Origin: an uncultured Bacteroidota bacterium
Lineage (GTDB): Bacteria; Bacteroidota; Bacteroidia; Bacteroidales; P3
NCBI GenBank assembly: GCA_902793295.1
Contig: CADBDA010000009.1
Location: forward strand, 13,202-77,201
Reading direction: 5' to 3'
DNA length: 64,000 bases
A program made the position numbers and the translations under genes. This document shows positions 37,163-44,561 of the stretch, piece after piece; position 1 is the stretch's first letter, and each line of letters starts with the position of its first letter. The notes beneath the pieces were generated by a model, which saw nothing but the letters and a program-made list of their open reading frames with translations, ran no database searches and had not been told where the DNA came from.

Positions 37163-38548
37163 ATGAAAAACATCCGTTTTTGCCTACCGCTGTTCATTGC
37201 ACTGGTTTGCAGCACAGGCGCAATGGCCCAGAAGAACCAGACAACCAACGTCAGAATAGCCACACAGAGCGAGAATGTCGAGATACTGCGACAGACCATC
37301 AGCCGCCCAATAACCCGCCTGCAGGTCAAAGGGACCAGTTCTGTCGTACTGATCTATGACAGCACAAATTATATTGACGTGGTTTACAATCCAGAAATGA
37401 GCGAGCCCATCGAAGACGGCTCGGTGAGCATCAAGGGCACCACGCTGACCATCGACGACAAGACGGGCGAAGCCGTATACAAAGTGCACCTGAAGGAAGC
37501 CGAGCTGCAACTCATCAATCACGACCGCAAAGCCAACATCGTCTACAGCGACTATAGCGATTTGAGAGACAGCACCTATTCCGACTACTCGACTTACGAC
37601 CAAATCAGCACCGCCAACCTGGCCACCCAGCAGGCGCTGGAATCGGCACGCCAGGCCCTGAAGGAGTCGCGCGAACAGCTGAAACAGGCACGCGAACAAC
37701 TAAAAACCGTGAATGCTGGCGAAATCGTCACCGACACGTTCTTTGTCGGTGTTGAGGATTCGGACTTTTTCGACAACGGAATCATCGAAGTTGTCGTTGA
37801 CGAAGAAGGCACCGACGCAACGGACTTCCACACCTCGCGGCGCGGGTCACGGACCATCCACGCCAACTACTACGACTGGGACGAGCGCCTGAGCGCAGCC
37901 CTCTTGGGCGGTTTCGTCAACTGGGGCGACCAGTGGTACAACGGGCTCTCGAAGCTGGACGGCGACTACAACCTCAAGACGTCATTCTCATCCTGGCAAG
38001 TCGATGTACAGTATTCAGTCGTTATGACCCGTCATTTCAATCTCAGCCTCGGCGTCGGCTACGAGTCGGACGTGTTCCGCTTCACCACCCCCTTAGTCGA
38101 ATGCTCGCCTGCTGGCATTTTTTACGACGCTGTGCAACAGGACTATGCCGGCTACGACAACTTCATCCTGCAAAACATCGCCTTCGACGGCACCCGAGAG
38201 GACGACTGGTCGTCGAAGCTGGTGACGCGCTACATCAGCATTCCTGTCGGCATCGGCTTCCGCAGCAACGATTTCCACATAGAATTTACGGCACTGCCGG
38301 CGCTGGCCATCAACACGCGCCACACAGGCCTGAAGCAAGTGCTCGACAGCCGCAACGTCGACGCCCGAAAAGTTGAAGACATCTCCAAGCACCTGAGTCC
38401 CTACAAACTGGACCTTCGCGCCGAAGTGCGCTACCAATGGTTCGGAATCTACGCCCAAGTTGCCACAATGCCACTATTCGACGGCACTGGCGTCCCTGAT
38501 ATCTATCCTTTCAAACTGGGATTCCTATTAAAATTCAATATCGACTAG
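37163..38548 (+). CDS. outer-membrane beta-barrel protein with N-terminal beta-rich domain and coiled coil (module 2)
   Basis: Signal peptide, then a coiled-coil segment QQALESARQALKESREQLKQAREQLK. The C-terminal ~230 aa shows alternating hydrophobic beta-strand periodicity and ends ...YPFKLGFLLKFNID. Confidence 0.6.
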   Translation: MKNIRFCLPLFIALVCSTGAMAQKNQTTNVRIATQSENVEILRQTISRPITRLQVKGTSSVVLIYDSTNYIDVVYNPEMSEPIEDGSVSIKGTTLTIDDKTGEAVYKVHLKEAELQLINHDRKANIVYSDYSDLRDSTYSDYSTYDQISTANLATQQALESARQALKESREQLKQAREQLKTVNAGEIVTDTFFVGVEDSDFFDNGIIEVVVDEEGTDATDFHTSRRGSRTIHANYYDWDERLSAALLGGFVNWGDQWYNGLSKLDGDYNLKTSFSSWQVDVQYSVVMTRHFNLSLGVGYESDVFRFTTPLVECSPAGIFYDAVQQDYAGYDNFILQNIAFDGTREDDWSSKLVTRYISIPVGIGFRSNDFHIEFTALPALAINTRHTGLKQVLDSRNVDARKVEDISKHLSPYKLDLRAEVRYQWFGIYAQVATMPLFDGTGVPDIYPFKLGFLLKFNID

Positions 38549-38614
38549 GGAGTTAAGGGGAGTTAGGGGACAAAAGTATTCTGTATATGAAGTTAATGTT
38601 AAAATATTAAAACT

Positions 38615-39718
38615 ATGAAAATAACGACATTATTTCTTTCTATTGTTTTGCTGGCCACAACCTGCAGCTGCCAGACTAACGTCGAAAGCCGCATAGAGCG
38701 GTGGGCAGACGACATCGAAAAATGGGCAGAGGATTTCGAAGACAGTATGGAGGACTTCGCCGACAGTATGGAGGAACTGGCCGAGAACGCAGGCAGCGAC
38801 TCAACACTAGTCATCTACAACCAGGGTGGCGTGGAGACCTACTACAAATGGCAGAGCAATGGCAACAACAGCCGCATTCGCATCAGCAAAAACGACCGCT
38901 ACTTGACACGCAAATTCGACATCGAGGCCTTCAAAGGCATTGATGTCAACTACGGTTTCCAAGTGGTGATGTGCGACACCGTCGACAAAGTGGTCGTCCG
39001 CATCAACGAAAAGCTCGACAAACACCTTAACATTCGGTTAAACAAAGGAATACTGACAGTCAAACTCGACAAAATCAATGGTATCACCTTCGATGATGAC
39101 GCAAAATGCGGCTATATCTATCTGCCTTACAACACGAAACTCTGCAGCATATCGCTCAGCGGCACATCGACGTTCTACACCGAACTGCCACTCAGGGTTC
39201 CTTCTTTCAACATCGACCTGAGTGGCGCCACAGCGTGCACGATGAAGAAAAGCGTGGTTTGCAATGCATTGGATGTCGAACTGTCGGGCCGTTCGCAATG
39301 TCACGGCATTTTCGCTGCCAGAAGTGCCTCGGTCGATATGAGCGGTGTCACCCACTTTGCCGGAGCCATCAAAGCCACCGACACCGAGTTGGACCTCAGC
39401 GGAACATCTAGCCTACAAGCGAAAATCAACACATCCACTCTGGAAACCGACCTCAGCGGAGCAAGCAGCATAAGTCTGTCCGGCAAAGCCACCAGAATGG
39501 AGATAAGCCTCAGCGGCACAAGCAGACTTGATTGCGGCTCGCTGGAGGCAAACACCATCAGCGGCGATATGAGCGGTGCCAGCAACGCCAACATCGGCAC
39601 AAGCCAGACCATAGCTGTCGACCTAACCGGCAGAAGCGCGTTCACCTATTCCGGCTCGGCCGACATCTCGCGCTCCACAACATCAAGCCTGGCCACCATC
39701 AACAGCAAACGCAAATAA
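38615..39718 (+). CDS. lipoprotein with DUF2807/GIN-type (autotransporter-adhesin-head-like) beta-helix repeats (module 2)
   Basis: Lipobox LLATTCSC. Periodic units recur: DLSGATA, ELSGRSQ, DMSGVTH, DLSGTSS, DLSGASS, SLSGTSR, DMSGASN and DLTGRSA. Confidence 0.6.
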   Translation: MKITTLFLSIVLLATTCSCQTNVESRIERWADDIEKWAEDFEDSMEDFADSMEELAENAGSDSTLVIYNQGGVETYYKWQSNGNNSRIRISKNDRYLTRKFDIEAFKGIDVNYGFQVVMCDTVDKVVVRINEKLDKHLNIRLNKGILTVKLDKINGITFDDDAKCGYIYLPYNTKLCSISLSGTSTFYTELPLRVPSFNIDLSGATACTMKKSVVCNALDVELSGRSQCHGIFAARSASVDMSGVTHFAGAIKATDTELDLSGTSSLQAKINTSTLETDLSGASSISLSGKATRMEISLSGTSRLDCGSLEANTISGDMSGASNANIGTSQTIAVDLTGRSAFTYSGSADISRSTTSSLATINSKRK

Positions 39719-39800
39719 TAAAAAGATCACATATCAGATTATTGATCTGTTTATTATTAGTCACGAAAGGCGGTTTGTCGTCGTTGAGCCAAATGTCATC

Positions 39801-40445
39801 TCAGTCGTTCTTCATCGTACTGATTGCCGCATAGAGACGGTCGGACAGCCGTTGGCGGTCGCGGCGGGTATCGCCACTGGCTTCGTAGGCCACAGGAGGA
39901 TTGATGCACATAGTATGCCGCTTGCGGTTGATATATATGGGGACAAAGAGCAAATTTTGTTTGGTGTGCTCGAAATACATCTGTCCTATGTGCGCAAATC
40001 CGCTGTAGAATGAGCGCAACGTGCCTGCTTCGTCGTGCTCGCGGACAAAGTTCCCATCAAAGGCAGTCCGAGGATGTTCGGGAAAAATCAGCAGATTGCT
40101 ACCATCGATAAGTGCGTTGAGACTCTGCTTCAGTGTCTCCATCACATGGCGCGACCCGCCTTTAATAACAGGGATAGGATTGAAATCGTTGAGTATCTTG
40201 ATCACCGTATCGGTGGTTTTGCGCAGCACCCGCTCACGCCTCCGATGGTTGAAGCGGCGCAGGAATTTGTGGAAATCCGCAAGAAAGACCTCGGCATGAT
40301 TGCCAAGAACTACGGCTACGTCTATGTGGCGCATGAGCGGAACTGCCAGTGGCCGTTTCGCTATGGGCGCCAGCCAGGCCCAGTACTTCTGCCGAAGGCT
40401 GCGAACACCGCTGAAATCAAAATCAAACAAAGTGAGCAACGTCAT
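39801..40445 (-). CDS. putative acyltransferase (PlsC-like), start uncertain
   Basis: The FPEHPR motif resembles PlsC block III (FPEGTR), and GNH...D is block-I-like. The track start GTG 40508 would include a 19-bp palindrome, so ATG 40445 (MTLLTLFDF...) is preferred. Confidence 0.4.
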   Translation of the reverse strand: MTLLTLFDFDFSGVRSLRQKYWAWLAPIAKRPLAVPLMRHIDVAVVLGNHAEVFLADFHKFLRRFNHRRRERVLRKTTDTVIKILNDFNPIPVIKGGSRHVMETLKQSLNALIDGSNLLIFPEHPRTAFDGNFVREHDEAGTLRSFYSGFAHIGQMYFEHTKQNLLFVPIYINRKRHTMCINPPVAYEASGDTRRDRQRLSDRLYAAISTMKND

Positions 40446-40484
40446 CAAGGAGGCTTTTATTCTCCGTTCCCTTCGGTCACTATC

Positions 40485-40503
40485 GAAAGTCCACTGGACT
40501 TTC
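40485..40503. promoter_or_regulatory. perfect palindrome gaaagtccaCtggactttc (candidate operator, copy 1)
   Basis: 9-bp arms. It shares the 11-bp core gtccactggac with 40576-40592. Confidence 0.4.
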
Positions 40504-40575
40504 TTCACATACCACGGCCCGTCGCTCTCTCCTCGCCTTAATCCGAAAAGTGGGGACTTTTCGGGGCTCGGCTCA

Positions 40576-40592
40576 CAGGTCCACTGGACCTG
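40576..40592. promoter_or_regulatory. perfect palindrome caggtccaCtggacctg (candidate operator, copy 2)
   Basis: 8-bp arms. The centre lies 90 bp from copy 1. Confidence 0.4.
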
Positions 40593-40647
40593 CTCGTATG
40601 CTACGCCCCTGCAATCAGCCGAAGGTCGCGTGGTTTGCCGCCGTCAT

Positions 40648-40689
40648 CCCCATTCACCCCATTCCGCCCATTAGACCCATTAGACCCAT
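40648..40689. repeat. 9-bp tandem repeat cccattNNN x4.7
   Basis: The units are cccattcac, cccattccg, cccattaga, cccattaga and cccatt. Confidence 0.85.
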
Positions 40690-40699
40690 TGTTCCGTAT

Positions 40700-40719
40700 G
40701 CTGCAATAATTATTGCAGC
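40700..40719. promoter_or_regulatory. 20-bp perfect palindrome gctgcaataattattgcagc
   Basis: Self-complementary over all 20 nt. It lies in a divergent intergenic region. Confidence 0.4.
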
Positions 40720-40903
40720 CAAAAACCGAGTTGTCCGGTGTCCGGGGCATCAGCCCCACCAAAAAAATCTCCGTCCATTATATTGACAATCACCCTATTC
40801 CGAAAAAATCTCAAAAAAATATCACCATTCATGTTGTGATTCAGCTTCTCACAGCGTCTAATATGTCGTAATAAGACCAAACAGCAATCGTTTTATAATT
40901 ACT

Positions 40904-41353
40904 ATGGAGTTAGACCAAAAAACTTTCAAAGAACTGATATACCGACAACGGGATTTGATTTGGCGGGTGTGCAGCAGCTACAGGCTGAGTGCTGCGTGGA
41001 CGACTGAGGACGCATTCCACGAGGTGCTGTGCAACCTGTGGCGGGGCTATGAGTCTTTCGACCGGCGCAGTTCGGAGAGCACTTGGGTGTACCGCATAGC
41101 AATCAACACGATGAACTCGCTGGCACGGAAAATGGGAAATCAGTCGACGGAACCGCCGCCAGAGGGACACGACCCCGGTTACCGCGACGATGACTACCGC
41201 GACCTGGTGGAACTGATTGAAGCCACGCCGGAACCCGACCGTACCATCATCAAGGCTCACGCTCAAGGCTACGGCTACAAAGATATAGCCAAGATTACGG
41301 GGCTGAGCATCGCGGCGGTGAGCATGCGATTGACCCGCGCCCTCCGCAAATAA
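40904..41353 (+). CDS. ECF-type RNA polymerase sigma factor (module 3), paralog of 29925..30422
   Basis: Region 2 reads LIWRVCSSYRLS...EDAFHEVLCNLWRGYESF (compare TVWRVCYDFARG...EDMVQEVWIMLWLKF). The region-4 HTH reads GYGYKDIAKITGLSIAAVSMRLTRALRK. Confidence 0.7.
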   Translation: MELDQKTFKELIYRQRDLIWRVCSSYRLSAAWTTEDAFHEVLCNLWRGYESFDRRSSESTWVYRIAINTMNSLARKMGNQSTEPPPEGHDPGYRDDDYRDLVELIEATPEPDRTIIKAHAQGYGYKDIAKITGLSIAAVSMRLTRALRK

Positions 41354-41379
41354 CGCAAACTATATAACCAGAAATAACG

Positions 41380-41724
41380 ATGAGAGATTTTGACAAGCAA
41401 TTGGAACGATACGGCGACGAGTTGAAGAGTGCCCGCTGCCCTTACAGCGATGTGGAACTGGACAGGGAAATCCGCAACGTGGTGTGGAACGAGAAGATTA
41501 TCCCGAACAAACCGCAAGCAAGACATCCTCACACTAGGTGGCTCTGGTCTTCTGTAGCTGCTGCCGCCTGCCTCGCGGCTGTGCTGATACCTTTGAATAT
41601 GCCTATCCGAGCCAATGGCAGCATCGCCTCGGTGGACGTCGACGGCGAGCATCTCTACTTCGCCTGCAACAATGGCTGCTCGCCCGAAGGCACCTTGGAA
41701 ACCTTTAAAACCATGATAAAATGA
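41380..41724 (+). CDS. single-pass membrane protein, putative anti-sigma factor (module 3)
   Basis: The TM helix is WLWSSVAAAACLAAVLIPL, followed by a Cys-containing external tail (YFACNNGCSPEG). ATGA overlap with the next gene. Confidence 0.5.
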   Translation: MRDFDKQLERYGDELKSARCPYSDVELDREIRNVVWNEKIIPNKPQARHPHTRWLWSSVAAAACLAAVLIPLNMPIRANGSIASVDVDGEHLYFACNNGCSPEGTLETFKTMIK

Positions 41725-42353
41725 AACGACTGATACTCCCATTTTTGCTGCTCCTGCTGGCCGCCTGTCAACGCGAAGCCGACCTGCCTGAGGCTACCTC
41801 GGCGGCGAAGGAGGTCTATTTGCAATACGCCGACCGCAAGGACATGACGGTGGCCATGATCGGCGACTATCAAGGCTACAACGCCGTCATGCTTCAGGCG
41901 CAGAATGCTGAGGGCTGGCTGCGCCTGTGCGAGGAATTTGGTGTCGGCAAGCATGTGGACGCCTCTGCACTGGATTCCACTAGGGTGTCGAGTTTAACAG
42001 TCAGCCACGTCAAAAGCCACGAAGGAAGCGACCTCCAGGAGCTGAAAGATCTGCTAGGTGACGACAGTGTAATCGTTAAAAACATACTGAGAAGCGCACC
42101 TGTCAATATACGGATAGACACTTCCTTATCCTTTGTCCGTCGCGAACATTGGGACAATGGTGTTCGTCAGTATTCCACGGTTTCCTTTGGTACTGATGTT
42201 TCGCACGGCGACAGCGCCCTGATGCAGCGTACCATCCTTCACGGCCACACCGGCCACATCGTCCGCGACGACAGCGACGCACTCACACTCTGGCTTTTCT
42301 TCTACAGCAATGAGGACGAAATGAACCAAATACTTAATACGATAACACAATGA
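41721..42353 (+). CDS. lipoprotein, paralog of 30651..31118 (module 3)
   Basis: Lipobox LLLLAACQ. Blocks shared with the module-1 protein are described under that feature. ATGA overlaps occur at both ends. Confidence 0.55.
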   Translation: MKRLILPFLLLLLAACQREADLPEATSAAKEVYLQYADRKDMTVAMIGDYQGYNAVMLQAQNAEGWLRLCEEFGVGKHVDASALDSTRVSSLTVSHVKSHEGSDLQELKDLLGDDSVIVKNILRSAPVNIRIDTSLSFVRREHWDNGVRQYSTVSFGTDVSHGDSALMQRTILHGHTGHIVRDDSDALTLWLFFYSNEDEMNQILNTITQ

Positions 42354-43156
42354 AACGATTTGCATTTATCCTGGCGGCCCTTCTGCTCTTTGCCGCTTGT
42401 ACCAAAGAAGAGCCCCAACCCCAGTCCCAACCCACAGCCACCGTCTCGCTTGCCGGCACCTCGTGGATCGGGGGCTTCGACGGCGATTTCCAGGGCTATC
42501 CACACACCTTCACCTGGCGCTTCGACTTCCTCACCGACAGCACTGGCGAGTACCACCTCGACTGTGTTCTCGCCGCCCACCCACAGCCTTCGCAAGAGGG
42601 ACCGTTCCGCTACACTTTTGACGGCTCCGACGGCATCGTCACGCCCGATGGACACAACCCTATTTCATTCGTATACAACTTAGCTTCGCAAACCATTAGC
42701 ATGGAAATCATTATGCAAGTCAGCAGCGGCAGCATGTCGACGACCCTCGGTGGTACCACAGTCTTCCGCCCTCTCGGTCAGGAGATTCCAGCTTTCCCCG
42801 TGAACACAAGCTGGACGGCCGAGCAGCAACTGCCCTCGGGCGACACGCTGATGCCCGTGCATTGGGGGCTCGACTTCTGGGAATACGGCTGGGGTGGTCA
42901 AGTGAATTACTGCGCAGGGTAGACCTGTGCGGGTGTCTCGCTCTTCTGGCGCTACGACAGCGCGGCCCACTCCGGCACCATCGCTATCAACGGCACCCAG
43001 CACCCCTTCATCTACGACCCCGCCACCGATATCCTCACCCTCGAATACACCACCGAGGTCTATGGCACCACCGTCCCCATCGGCGGCACACTGCAATTCT
43101 GCCGCTCCAACGAACCCGACAGCAATACTGCGCGGAAAGTTGTAGTAATGAAATAG
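42350..43156 (+). pseudogene. lipoprotein with two lipocalin-like repeats, interrupted by in-frame TAG (42920-42922); ends in a vestigial T9SS tail ARKVVVMK
   Basis: A single frame is open from ATG 42350 to TAG 43154-43156 except for one TAG. The 77 codons after the stop complete the second repeat (W..DF......F.Y....G.I......F.Y......L.LE.....T..GGT..F). Confidence 0.6.
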
Positions 43157-43211
43157 TAAACCATCAAATACATAATCAATATGACACACCACATCATCAA
43201 AACCCTCGCCG
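43131..43211 (+). repeat. junction repeat copy B
   Basis: Partner of 32877-32958, with a 60-bp identical core at 43142-43201. Confidence 0.9.
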
Positions 43212-43335
43212 TCATCGCTATGGGCGCAATGCTGCTCGACCAGTCTGCCTCGAAGGTCTGCAACCCCGATGGAAAATGCAATTAATGGTTAAGGTCGGCA
43301 ATCGCCCAGTGCGGAAAATGGTGGTGATAAAATAG
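43181..43335 (+). pseudogene. collapsed T9SS cargo gene: signal peptide (34 codons) + out-of-frame last CTD strand
   Basis: MTHHIIKTLAVIAMGAMLLDQSAS... stops at 43283-43285. The +1 frame then reads ...MVKVGNRPVRKMVVIK*, homologous to the VKVGDRPARKVVVMK* tail of 31221..32903. Confidence 0.55.
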
Positions 43336-43363
43336 CAGTCACTTCAAAGCGCAAAAACATAAG

Positions 43364-43404
43364 TCATGCTCGTGATTCATACATAATCATGAGCATGATT
43401 TTTT
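43364..43404 (+). terminator. rho-independent terminator
   Basis: 14-bp stem tcatgctcgtgatt paired with aatcatgagcatga (one mismatch), followed by T6. Confidence 0.7.
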
Positions 43405-43598
43405 ATAGATACTTAGGCATATTGGATATAAAGATTTCAAGTGTATTTGATGTGACTGTCAAGAAGGCACATAGTGGTATGCCGTCGGCTTTGCCGACAA
43501 CCCACGAAGAAGGAGTGAATAAAGGAACCTGTCGGCCGTTCGCTGCTCATCGGCATATTCTTTTGCAAAATATTTTTTGCCATATAAGAAAATAGTCG

Positions 43599-43606
43599 TA
43601 TCTTTG
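43599..43606 (+). promoter_or_regulatory. -7 box TATCTTTG
   Basis: TAnnTTTG match 17 nt upstream of ATG 43623. Confidence 0.5.
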
Positions 43607-43622
43607 CAGTCAGAAAAGAGTC

Positions 43623-43928
43623 ATGGTCACTATGAGCAATGCAGACATAAAGATATCGCTTAGCGAATACTTCAAAGACAAGCCGGTAAACAAAGTTTGG
43701 CTATTTGGATCCTTTGCGCGTGGTGAAGAAAATGCTGAAAGTGACGTGGACTTGATGGTGGATTTGGACCACACGCAACCTGTCGGTCTTAAATTCTTTG
43801 GCATGTGGAACGACCTTGAGCGTCTGCTTGGCCGCGAGGTTGACTTGGTGACGGAAGACGGCCTTGCCGACTATGCCCGTGAGAGTTACAATAAAGACAG
43901 AATACTTGTGTATGAGAGAGCCCATTAG
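43623..43928 (+). CDS. nucleotidyltransferase-domain antitoxin (MNT/MntA)
   Basis: Motif LFGSFARGEENAESDVDLMVD (GSxxRG...DxD). Confidence 0.8.
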   Translation: MVTMSNADIKISLSEYFKDKPVNKVWLFGSFARGEENAESDVDLMVDLDHTQPVGLKFFGMWNDLERLLGREVDLVTEDGLADYARESYNKDRILVYERAH

Positions 43929-44292
43929 AGATCGGGAACGATTGCAGCATATAATCGAGGCTGCCGACACCATAATGGAACACACGAAAGGAGTCTCTTT
44001 TGAAACGTTCCTCTCTGATAAGTTGCTTTATGGCGCATTGATATATTATACGATGGTCATTGGTGAGGCGGGATACAAACTGAGCCGTGAATTTACTGAG
44101 GGGTACAACGATACCCCTTGGTCAGACATTGCGGGTATGCGCCACCATATTGTGCATGGTTACTATAAAGTCGACAATCGTGTTGTATGGAACATTATTA
44201 CTAACGATATACCGGCACTGCGTGTTCGCGTACAGAAGTATCTTGATGAGATTGACTGGGCGAAATGGGAAATTCAGCATAAACAATATTAA
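43912..44292 (+). CDS. HepT-like (DUF86, HEPN) toxin
   Basis: Rx4HxY motif in GMRHHIVHGYY. Start ATG 43912 overlaps the MNT gene by 17 nt (track start 43864 trimmed). Confidence 0.75.
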   Translation: MREPIRDRERLQHIIEAADTIMEHTKGVSFETFLSDKLLYGALIYYTMVIGEAGYKLSREFTEGYNDTPWSDIAGMRHHIVHGYYKVDNRVVWNIITNDIPALRVRVQKYLDEIDWAKWEIQHKQY

Positions 44293-44322
44293 AATACTAT
44301 TAACTTTTAAAAACCAAAACAA

Positions 44323-44481
44323 ATGGAAAAGTATGTTTGCAACGTATGCGGGTATGAGTATGACCCCGCAAAAGGCGACCCCGAGAACGGCATTGCCCCC
44401 GGCACCAAGTTCGAAGACCTGCCCACCGATTGGGTGTGCCCGCTCTGCTCTGTAGATAAATCTCACTTCGAGAAGCAATAA
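44323..44481 (+). CDS. rubredoxin (52 aa)
   Basis: Manual translation gives [52 protein letters not shown], with two CxxC pairs. It falls below the 60-aa cutoff of the ORF track. Confidence 0.85.
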   Translation: MEKYVCNVCGYEYDPAKGDPENGIAPGTKFEDLPTDWVCPLCSVDKSHFEKQ

Positions 44482-44561
44482 AATGATTGCATTATTGTTT
44501 GATTGCGTATGCAGATTGCGCGATCAAACACCAACACGATCACACGTAAAATTTCAATATT

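Noticed and set aside
40648-40689. Possible CRISPR-like or other repeat array
   Set aside because: The units are only 9 bp and contiguous, with no spacers, and there are no cas genes. This is a microsatellite-type tandem repeat, not a CRISPR array. No CRISPR array was seen anywhere in the window.
42920-42922. TAG as a recoded sense codon (alternative genetic code)
   Set aside because: TAG is used as a normal terminator by several confidently called genes in the same window, for example the MNT gene at 43926-43928, 8203-9906 and 33670-35658. A nonsense mutation or a sequencing error is the simpler explanation.
42862-43335. 157-aa ORF spanning the lipoprotein 3-prime end, the junction repeat and the CTD remnant
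   Set aside because: The frame is a fortuitous read-through across three unrelated pieces, and its translation is Arg/Pro/His-rich. Only its last 19 residues (MVKVGNRPVRKMVVIK) are meaningful, as a CTD remnant.
28489-44322. A single integrative element (ICE, prophage or genomic island with integrase)
   Set aside because: The region has no integrase or recombinase, no tra, mob or phage structural genes, and no flanking direct repeats or adjacent tRNA. The only mobility genes are a decayed RAYT and, outside the region, an IS3. It is therefore described as mosaic accretion instead.
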